NCBI GenBank assembly: GCA_950097015.1
Contig: CATNEN010000039.1
Location: 5,518,001-5,582,000, forward strand
DNA length: 64,000 nt
From: Macrostomum hystrix
Taxonomy: Eukaryota > Animalia > Platyhelminthes
Direction: 5' to 3'
Within the stretch, counting starts at the first letter, position 1; each line of letters begins with the position of its first letter. The translations under genes and the position numbers were made by a program. Positions 36,091-46,641 of this stretch are shown here, in pieces. The notes under the pieces are model-generated. The model was not told where the DNA came from. It ran no database searches and saw nothing but the letters and a program-made list of their open reading frames with translations.

Positions 36091-37192
36091 TTTCTCTCCC
36101 ATCTCACTCACTCTCGTCTCCCTTATCTATCCCTCCCTTATCTCAGCCCAACCCGTTTCTATTCCTATCCCCCATCCCAGGTCCCGTAAGTTCCCATTTC
36201 TAATTGCCAGGCTTCTGTTCACATTCTGGTCTCCTCAGTTTATCAATTTAAAAATTGATTGAAATGTATTCAATGATCACAAGCAGATTATGGAGAAACT
36301 GTCTGGGGTACTCACGCATGTCGTACTTGAATTATGAGAACTGCTGGGCAGGCCAGCCTACAGTTTGCCTATAAAGCCAGTCTGCTATCTTCAAGCTTTC
36401 TCCGCACTCTAGCACATGCATTCGCCTCAATGTTCCTAGCTGGCTACTAACAGTTTTTATGAGTAGTATGCAAACTCCACCATTTGTGATTGGCCAGCGA
36501 CTGACTCTTCATTTGAATTTCTAATTACTTGGACACGCGCAACTGACTACTTAAAGAGAACTTCTTCTGACCTGCTTTTGTTTTCTTCGTGTAATTTAAT
36601 CATATATTTGTTTTTAAGGCAGCATAATTTGTTTTTAAATGACGCAATTAGACATTTCGGCCCTTAAAAATAGATCAATAATGATTCTGTCAACTATGAT
36701 CTAATCGCGCCTAGAAATAAGCTTTAAAAAATGAATTATGGCCATAAGAACTCCCTAGCAATGTGACTTGTGTTTGTTTCCGTGAACTTTTATCCATTCT
36801 CCAGTGCTGTTTCGCCGCTCTTATCCGTACCGACTTGACATTTAATTTGACAAATCTGAGATTTTTGTTGTTGTTGCCTATAAGAAAATATTCGTGTATA
36901 TAACATGCATATCTATATTATCAGTTGATAATTAAATACTATTGCTTTTTGTATTCATTACTTTGTTATTGTGTTTTATAAAATAAAATGAACGCATAAC
37001 AGTTTGTTAGCTAATTATATATCTCTTTGTACAATACACCTTGATAAACTGTGACTTTAAGTACCGAAAGTTGTCACGTAAAAATGCACCAAGTATTTAT
37101 TTCTTTATTTAGATCACAACTAAATTGTTTATATTTGTATTAACAATTTATAAGACTTGGACTGCAGCTTCCGACAATATTGCGTCTGCGGT

Positions 37193-38950
37193 TCCTGCTT
37201 CGATTCTTGAATCCTTAGTTACGATTCCAGCTACAGCTCTATTGCTTCGATTCTAGCTACGGCTCCTGCTTCGATTCTAGCTACAGCTCCTGCTTCGATT
37301 CCAGCTACAGCTCTATTGCTTCGATTCTTGTTTCCTTAGTTACGATTCCAGCTACAGCTCCTGCTTCGATTCTTGATTCCTTAGTAACGATTCCAGCTAC
37401 AGCTTTCTTGCTTCGATTCTAGCTACGGCTCCTGCTTCGATTCTAGCTACAGCTCCTGCTTCGATTCTAGCTACAGCTCCTGCTTCGATTCTAGCTACAG
37501 CTCCTGCTTCGATTCCAGCTACAGCTCTATTGCTTCGATTCTTGATTCCTAAGTTACGATTCCAGCTACAGCTCCTGCTTCGAATCTTGATTCCTTAGTT
37601 ACGATTCCAGCTACAGCTCTCTTGCTTCGATTCTAGCTACAGCTCTATTGCTTCGATTCTAGCTACAGCTCTCTTGCTTCCATTCTAGCTACAGCTCTCT
37701 TGCTTCCATTCTAGCTACAGCTCTCTTGCTTCGATTCTAGCTACAGCTCCTGCTTCGATTCCAGCTACAGCTCTATTGCTTCGATTCTAGCTACGTCTCC
37801 TGCTTCGATTCTAGCTACAGCTCCTGCTTCGATTCCAGCTACAGCTCTATTGCTTCGATTCTTGATTCCTAAGTTACGATTCCAGCTACAGCTCCTGCTT
37901 CGATTCTTGATTCCTTAGTTACGATTCCAGCTACAGCTCTCTTGCTTCCATTCTAGCTACAGCTCTCTTGCTTCCATTCTAGCTACAGCTCCTGCTTCGA
38001 TTCCAGCTACAGCTCTATTGCTTCGATTCTTGATTCCTTAATTACGATTCCAGCTACAGCTCTCTTGCTTCGATTCTAGCTACAGCTCTATTGCTTCGAT
38101 TCTAGCTACAGCTCTATTGCTTCGATTCTAGCTACAGCTCACTTGCTTCGATTCTAGCTACAGCTCCTGCTTCGATTCTAGCTACAGCTATCTTGCTTCG
38201 ATTCTAGCTACAGCTCCTGCTTCGATTCTTGATTCCTTAGTTACGATTCCAGCTACAGCTCTCTTGCTTCGATTCTAGCTATAGCTCTATTGCTTCGATT
38301 CTAGCTACAGCTCTCTTGCTTCGATTCTAGCTACAGTTCACTTGCTTCGATTCTAGCTACAGCTCCTGCTTCGATTCTAGCTACAGCTCCTGCTTCGATT
38401 CTAGCTACAGCTATCTTGCTTCGATTCTAGCTACAGCTCTCTTGCTTCGATTCTAGCTATAGCTCTATTGCTTCGATTCTAGCTACAGCTCTCTTGCTTC
38501 GATTCTAGCTACAGCTCACTTGCTTCGATTCTAGCTACAGCTCCTGCTTCGATTCTAGCTACAGCTCCTGCTTCGATTCTAGCTACAGCTATCTTGCTTC
38601 GATTCTAGCTACAGCTCTCTTGCTTCGATTCTAGCTACAGCTCTCTTGCTTCGATTCTTGATTCCTTAGTTACAATTCTAGCTACAGCTCTCTTGCTTCG
38701 ATTCTAGCTACAGCTCTCTTGCTTCGATTCTTGATTCCTTAGTTACAATTCTAGCTACAGCTCTCTTGCTTCGATTCTAGCTACAGCTCTCTTGCTTCGA
38801 TTCTTGATTCCTTAGTTACAATTCTAGCTACAGCTCTCTTGCTTCGATTCTAGCTACAGCTCTCTTGCTTCGATTCTGGCTACAACTTTTGCTTCGATTC
38901 TAGCTACAGCTCTTGCTTCGATTCTATCTAAGGTACCCACTTCGATTCTA
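37193..38950. repeat. Compound 24-26-bp minisatellite (gcttcgattctagctacagctc[ct/tatt/tctt]) with interspersed ttgattccttagttac variants
   Basis: Visible array of about 1.75 kb. Confidence 0.96.
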
Positions 38951-39944
38951 GCTTGCTAGCCATAATTCTAGCTGCTAACGTTTTTGCTAACTTTTCGTGG
39001 GTACCGTAAAAAGCGAAAAATGTCTGCTAAATTTAGTTAACGGAGATATAAATATGCTGAATAGTTAGGTGATTTGGTAACAAATCAATAGCGCTTTAGT
39101 TAGTCGTTTATTTATCATATTTTGAGTTATAAAATTGATGCCGTTAAAAATCGCTGGCCCTAATTGTAAATTATCCTAATGAATTTTAGTTAGCGATCAG
39201 TCGTTTGCTGTCTCCTTTCGTGGCATTTTAGGCTGTTACAAGTCCTAATTTCTTAAATTAAATGACGCTTTAATTATAGGGTTTATGCGATTAAGCAAAA
39301 GTTGCGATTTGCTACAGTACAAAATCGGTTATATGACAATTAATAAATTTGCTAATTTCATCAATCAACCTGTTTCTTTGAATTCCAAACTGTCAACTAT
39401 TTCCGCTGTGTCCGATGAAACAACTTTTGCAATCTCAATACGTTGGCATCGTCGAGATATTCAACGATTCTCGGTGGGGTGTCTGGTGGCAAAAACCGCC
39501 AATATAAGCATAATTAATCTGCTCACAATATTTCATTTTGTGTCTTTGTCCTCGTCAGCAGGGTCTTTGACAAGAATCGATAAATATCTCGACTCGACGA
39601 TACTGATTTCGAACGGCTTTGAAAGTTAGTTCATCGTTAAGAGCGGAAAATGCTAACCATAAGGTGGACTTGCACGAAAATCGGTCATTCGGTTTGGGGG
39701 GCTAGTGTGAATTAGGAAGCGGGAGTTTGAAATGCCCCCGTGTTCCTCAATCCAGGGGAAAATAGCGGGGTCTTTCGACTGTTATTGGACCAATCAAATC
39801 GCTTCCCCAATGAGCCAATCAGATGGCTTCTCCAATCAACAACCAATGGCATCACTTTCCCTCAGAAACCAATCACATCAAATCTCTCAGCAACCAATCA
39901 CACCGCTTCTACCACTGCCCAGCAACCGAGGCTGTAGCGCCGGC

Positions 39945-41111
39945 TCAGTCGCTCTTCACTCCGTCCACAGCGTTGCCATCGGCTGCCTCGTCAGTCTGGT
40001 GGGCCAAACGGCGCCGCCGCCCGACCATCACCTCATAGGAGACGATGATGGCCAGCATGGTGAATAGCTCGACGCCGATGGTCAGCAGAGGCGGCAGGAA
40101 GGCGCGCGGGTTCTTCACGCGCAGAAACATGGATGCCCGGTTGGTGCCGAAGTCGTTGCTGGACTCGCACGTGACAACGCCCCGGTCCAGGTTGTAGTCG
40201 AGCTGTGAGAGGTGCAGGGTCTCGTTCTTGGTGTAGTTGAAGCCCGGACGGTGTTCCTGGCTCCAGCGGATGTCGCCAAGTGGATGGCCTTGTACCTTGC
40301 AGGTGATCATCACTGTATCGGTAGGCCACACGGCCACATCGTACAAGGTCCTGACGGTGAGTTTATTCGGCACCATTGAGCATCATTGGCATTGGCATCA
40401 TACGAAACCTACCCGTTCTATTTTTAGCATCATAGGCCAATTACCACGAGAAAGCCGCGTGATAAAAATAACGGTCACGTGATCTCTGTGACTTCGAAAT
40501 ATGTTAAAAAACAAACTAGTAAATGGCCTGTCTATGATTGCTAATACACGCTCGTAGAAATCGTTTTATCGAAGATTCCACTACTGAGTGTATCCCTCAA
40601 AAGTGAAAAACATCGAGCTAAACCTCTCGCTTTCGTCCACCAGTTTGATAAGAGGCCTGGACTGAAAAGCGCCAGTCGCCACAATCGGATCCGATTGTTT
40701 GCCAGCCTCCGTGCTAGGCGTCACGTGACACTCGTAGACGCTGACGTCATCATTAACTGGGGTGCTCAAAGTCAGAGTCGAGATGCAGCTCAAGCTGTCC
40801 TGCGTGCACTCGGTGTGGAAGCTGGCCCTGCGCTCGCCGACGCTGATGCTGGCATTGCGGCCGGGCCTTCGCCAGTCGAAGCTGGCCTTCGTCAGCTTGA
40901 GCGAGTGCTTGACGAGAGTCTCGGCTCGGCAGGTGATGACCAGAGGCTTGCGTTTGTCCAGCCTGTACTGCTCGCCCCAGCCCTCGCCACCAGCGTTGCT
41001 GCTCTCCTCAAGGTGTACAACTACGTTATCAACGGTGACGTTTACCTTGGCCACAGAGGTGCCGACTGTGGTTAATAGCGGCAGCAGCAGCAGCAGCAGC
41101 GATTGGCGCAT
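39945..41111 (-). CDS. Basigin/neuroplastin/embigin-like two-Ig-domain membrane protein, 297 aa. Exons 41111-40624, 40350-39945
   Basis: Signal peptide MRQSLLLLLLPLL. Ig motifs ITC...W...DVSVYECHV and ITCKVQGHP..DIRW...DRGVVTCESSNDFG. TM FLPPLLTIGVELFTMLAIIVSYEV keeps the intramembrane Glu and the YE + basic tail typical of basigin. Phase-2 junction AG|GTTTAG...GTCAG|G. Confidence 0.85.
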
Positions 41112-41672
41112 TGCTAGACGGATTCTGGGGTCTCTCTGTGTGTGTCTGTCCGTTTAGAATTAATCGACGATCCGCCAGAAATGCCGCGTATCTATAGTTT
41201 TTCGAGTGTACTCGCATGGGATCAGGCCCAGGATGGGGACGAAAGGAAGGCAGCTCTGGGTGGGGAAGGGCTTTCAGAATCTATCAGGTCAGCCCCGCTC
41301 GGCCAGGGGCGGGGAAGCCGGGGCTGAGGAGCCTGGCCTGGCCGTGTGAGCACGGACGGCCGACCGCTGGAAGCCTTGAAGACTTGCTGCCTGGCAGGCC
41401 GGGTAGAGTGCCAGGGTAAGGACAGGGTACAGATCCCCATTCCCTCCGTGTGCCTTCCCGACTCCGCATCCCTCATCGGAGACCCGGAGTGGCTGTCTCG
41501 CGTGAGTGTTGAAGTATGCAGCAGACGCTGTCTCGGCGTTCAATCCGATTTCTTCGAATCTGTGGCCTGCGCAATGGCGCTTCCGCACAGCGGAACTGGG
41601 AAACACCATTTCGATTGGGCATTGGATCCCTGCGAGAGTTCATGCGCAGTCATCAAGTCAAGGCGACATTAC

Positions 41673-41700
41673 GCTAACCCTAACCCTAACCCTAACCCTA
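41673..41700. repeat. Short interstitial (CCCTAA)n/(TTAGGG)n tract
   Basis: gctaaccctaaccctaaccctaacccta. Confidence 0.8.
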
Positions 41701-41781
41701 TTAATTGGTCTAGATTTGCACTTTTGTTCCCAAAACAGCGTACAGAGCTTCTTATGTACAGGAGTACTCTCTCGTCCCATC

Positions 41782-42317
41782 CAATGCTCCCATCTCCCAT
41801 GCTCCCATCTGCCATGCTCCCATCTCCCATGCTCCCATCTGCCATCTCCCATCTGCCATCTCCCATCTGCCATGCTCCCATCTCCCATGCTCCCATCTCC
41901 CATGTTCCCATCTCCCATGCTCCCATCTCCCATGCTCCCATCTCCCATGCTCCCATCTCCCATGCTCCCATCTGCCATGCTCCCATCTCCCATGCTCCCA
42001 TCTCCCATGCTCCCATCTCCCATGCTCCCATCTCCCATGCTCCCATCTCCCATGCTCCCATCTGCAATGCTCCCATCTCCCATGCTCCCATCTCCCATGC
42101 TCCCATCTCCCATGCTCCCATCTCCCATGCTCCCATCTCCCATGCTCCCATCTCCCATGCTCCCATCTGCCATGCTCCCATCTCCCATGCTCCCATCTCC
42201 CATGCTCCCTTCTCCCATGCTCCCATCTCCCATGCTCCCTTCTCCCATGCTCCCATCTCCCATGCTCCCATCTCCCATGCTCCCATCTCCCATGCTCCCA
42301 TCTCCCATGCTCCCATC
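41782..42317. repeat. 15-bp minisatellite (catgctcccatctcc)
   Basis: Visible array. Confidence 0.96.
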
Positions 42318-42604
42318 AGTGAGCAGTGGCCAACGTATGAGAAGTACTTTACTCTTTGCGATCAGCCCTTCGCTAACAGTTGACTTTCTATTCCTATCGA
42401 TCAGTCACGCTGCAGTGTTTGCTCATGCTCACTGTGAGTACATAGCTCACTTAAAGCGCTGAGTACGCTCAGAATATCCTACTAATTGCTTTTCCTGTTT
42501 GCCCCAAACTCTGCAACTTATGTGAGCAGTCGTGAGAACTCCGAAATTTTCTCGAGTTTCTTAAGAGAAGATAGGATTCTAAGTACACAGCACAGCTAAT
42601 AATG

Positions 42605-43263
42605 ATTCCGAATCAGAAAAAATATTCTGAATCTGGAAACAATTCCGAATCTGAAAATTGTTCCGAATTTTATTTCGAATCTGAAAACTATTCCAAAACT
42701 GAAAACTATTCCGAATCTGATTCCGAATCTGAAAATTATTCCGAATCTGATTCCGAATCTGAAAATTATTCCGAATCTGAAAACTATTCGGAATCTGAAA
42801 ATTATTCCGAATCTGAAAACTATTCGGAATCTGAAAATTATTCCGAATCTGAAAACTATTCGGAATCTGAAAATTATTCCGAATCTGAAAACTATTCCGA
42901 ATCTGATTCCGAATCTGAAAATTATTCCGAATCTGATTCCGAATCTGAAAATTATTCCGAATCTGAAAACTATTCCGAATCTGAAAATTATTCCGAATCT
43001 CATTACAAATCTGAAAAAAGTTGAATCTGATTCCGAATCTGAAAACTATTCCGAATCTGATTCCGAATCTGAAAACTATCCCGAATCTGATTCCGAATCT
43101 GAAAACTATCCCGAATCTGAAAATTATTCCGAATCTGAAAACTATCCCGAATCTGAAAACTATTCCGAATCTGAAACTTATTCCGAATCTGAAAACTATT
43201 CCGAATCTGAAAACTATTCCGAATCTGATTCCAAATCTGAAAAAATGTTGAATTTGATTCCGA
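42605..43263. repeat. 12/18-bp compound minisatellite (ttccgaatctga[aaacta])
   Basis: Visible array. Confidence 0.95.
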
Positions 43264-43944
43264 ATGTGACAATTATTCAGAATATAGAAAATAATGTGGA
43301 GACAGTGAGAGATCTGGGACAACAGGCTAGAATGCTTCCCCTAAGCACCGAAAAATTCTCTGCATTCATGGTATGTCAATCAAAACTGTCAATTGTTATC
43401 TGAAAGCTAACTAGGTATATTTCTCTATCAAATTGTTTAGGCCTTTTGCAAAAATATATTGTTATCATAAAATCGCGCTTTGCTTTTATACGATTTTAAA
43501 TAGATAATTACTTATCTTGGCAAGTTTTATTAAATTTAGTACTTTTCTACTTTAAGTAGAAATTAAGGAAAATTTTGTGTACAAGCAAGGAAATATTTTT
43601 GTAGATCCAGAGGGCACAAATGAGCATCTGCCACCGCTGCTGCTGCTGCTGCATGCGGATAGGAAAATCTGCTAATGTCCCTTGTGTTTTTATTGAAATG
43701 CTATTTACTGAGATTAGTGCCAGAATATTTTTTATTGCACTGTCATATTTAGTAGCGCAGTTGGTAAGTGACAGGGCATGGCTGGGACAGAGCAAATACT
43801 TAAGCGCATCTGTGTTAGCTTTGGGATATTTTTATTAGAAAAATATAGAGCCTGGACAGAGAAACAGATAAAAGCACACAGCAATACATTATTTCCAGAG
43901 CACAGGCACGTTGTAACAGCAACAATATTGAGATATCGACAGTG

Positions 43945-44360
43945 AGAAAAGAGGGGAGGCAGTGGATAGAGAAAAGAGAAGGGTGGAGAGAGCAGAGAGG
44001 AGAGAGAGGAGAGAGAGAGAAGTGAGAGAGGAGAGAAGAGAGGGAGGAGAGAGAGAGAAGGGTGGAGAGAGCAGAGAGGAGAGAGAGGAGAGAGAGAAGT
44101 GAGAGAGGAGAGAAGAGAGGGAGGAGAGAGAGAGGAGAGAGGGGAGAGAGAGAGGAGAGAGAGGGGAGAGAGAGAGGAGAGAGGGGAGAGAGAGGAGAGG
44201 AGAGAGGAGAGGAGAGAGGAGAGAGAGGAGAGGAGAGAGGAGAGGAGAGAGGAGAGAGAGGAGAGGAGAGAGGAGAGAGAGGAGAGGAGAGAGGAGAGAG
44301 AGGAGAGAGGGGTGAGAGAGAGGGGAGAGAGAGAGGAGAGAGAGGAGAGAGGAGTGAGGA
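43945..44360. repeat. GA-rich microsatellite (gagag/gagga)
   Basis: Near-pure purine tract. Confidence 0.95.
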
Positions 44361-46641
44361 AAGAACAGAATCCCTGGCAATGACTGTAAAGAAGTACCGC
44401 AGACGATTTAGTTTAAGTTGCCAATATTAAGAAATATTTTTAACGGCAGAAGGCGAGTAAAATTAATTTGGGGCACAATCTAGGCCTTATATTTGAAGTA
44501 AAAATACCAATTTAAACTCGATAAAGATACGGAGAGAGAAAGGAGAGAGTGAAGTGAGTAGAGAGAGAGGATAGGAGTAGCGCCTCAACTCAGAGGGCAC
44601 TGACACTGTTAAAAAAGCGGTCTAGATTCCAAGATAGAAAATTTGCTGCATGGTGAAGATTTGCACCACGAAGTGGATTCAATTAAGAGGGAGGAACTAA
44701 CGTGATGGAGGAATTTGTTTAGAGGATTTCCGCCGGCCAAGGATGTAGAGAGGCCGGCTGGCTTCGTTAGAAATTGCGATGAAGAATTTCCTAGAAATCA
44801 ACTTGGCCTTGATTGCCCTTTAGCCAGCTGATAAGCCCCCTCTGACTCGCTTTTAGCTCAGCGCTTAGCCTCACTTATAACCGGAGAGAGGAATTAATGG
44901 GCCAGAAAAATGCAGGAATAGGATTCAAGTTTAAGTGTGGAAATTTATTGTCGTTAGAAAAAATTTTTTATATTACTATTTTCTTAGTCTGTTTTGCTTT
45001 GGCATAGTCCATAGATAGTGGTAAATCTGAATTCTACGATTATTTATAGAAGCAAGCCCAAAACTGAGGGGTTGTCCAATCGATCAGCTAAGATGGAGTT
45101 GGGGTGTGCGACGAAGGGTAAGAGAACCGGGGGGTGAGGGTTAGCGGATGACAGATGGACCAATCGGATTGGGGCGAGAGTTTGGAGAGAAGAGAGAAGA
45201 GGGAGGAGAGAAAATTGAGGTGGGGTGTGCGACAAAGGGTAAGAGAACCGGGGGTGAGGGTTAGCGTATGCCAGACGGACCAATCGGATTGAGGCTTGGG
45301 CACCGAATTAAAGGCCGAGAGAAGGCGAGTCGAATTGACTATATTGGAGCAGGTTTTGGTAGTAAGATACCATTGCAATATGATATAAGGGCGAACAATA
45401 AATTAAGAGTTGGATTTTTTTACCAAAGTACAACTTGCCGTCAGTGAGTAGGGATCAAGGGATCATAAAGAGTGGGTTTGATAGAGATAGGGATCGTAAA
45501 GATTTGCTACGCCAGTTAAATCAAGATGCCCAAACTCCTCCACATTTTACAGCTGATACGCTGCGACTTCTTTACGCTCGTAGTCGGTATCGCGTAGCTA
45601 TAGGCGCCTTATTCATTCAAGAACTGACCTCCATGGCTCCATGGCTAAGCTCAAGTGCTCCGGGGCTGGTGGCAGCTATTCTCAATAGCGGGGCCATGGG
45701 GTAGAACGTGAGGAGGAGAGTTGAGGGACGAGGGGAAGCGAGGAAGAGGGAGATTGGGTGAGGGTGCAAAAGAATATTGCTGCGACGTACGATTCTCTTT
45801 CCACTTATTTCTCTCTTTCTTCCCACCCAACAAAGTCCGCCCTAGCAATGTCCTTAGTCAACCTCCGGCCCGAGGCTAGACCCCTCCGTTACAAGCGGCC
45901 GTACTGAAGATTTTTTGCAACCTCGCTTATTTTCTTGGGCGCATGTGACGTAGAGGTTCTCGCTCTCTCACTCTCTCAGCCACACAGTGAGAGGGCTCCA
46001 GACAGCAAGCATCAGCTTTGGCTCGGCTGTGGGCGGCCAACCAGAAAAGAGCCAGCGATGCGATTATGATAAAGTAGAGGCAAGAGCTAGGGCGAGGGCG
46101 AGAGAGAACCAGTGCCGCCGGTTTCTGCCCCCCCCCAGTTGTCTGGCGCAGAACTCTTAAAGCAGTGGCCTGCTTCCATCCAATGGTTATAGTCGCGCTT
46201 GGCAACTATGGCCCAGCCGGGGCTGGGGTGGCTGCTATGCGACGGTTTTGTTGGAGCAATGGGGAAGCGGTGTGGGGTTGTTGCTGGGCAGGCTCCACAC
46301 TCACAAATCTAAATCAATGGGCGCGATGCAGGCGACTTAACCTTGCATTGGAATGCCCGCTTGTCGGCACCGGACTGCTCATCCGCCTTCTCAGATCCAG
46401 TGTGAGCAAGGCCCAGCCGTGTCGCTTTCTTTGTAGTCTGTTTCTAGGCAAACAGAAACTCTTACCTAACCTAACACAGCCAAGACAGCAATAGCTTTGA
46501 TTGGTAAATAGTTTTACTCATAGATTTTTGTCACAAGAGATTTCCGCTCCTCACACACGCCTTGATCTAGAGTGAGCTATATTTGCCAAGCCGAACAAAA
46601 CAAATCAAGCAGAAAGCTGAGGCCAACATTTATGAGCAAGC

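Noticed and set aside
37193-38950. CRISPR-like appearance (conserved core with variable stretches)
   Set aside because: The variable parts are recurrent repeat variants, not unique spacers; no cas genes; eukaryotic context.
41673-41700. Telomere or chromosome-fusion scar
   Set aside because: Only about 4 units; such short tracts are common and uninformative.
41346-44430. Long ORFs (HAPIS, MLPSP, SESENY, ERGE repeats)
   Set aside because: Stop-free frames of 15-, 12/18-bp and GA repeats, open on both strands, with no non-repeat coding support.
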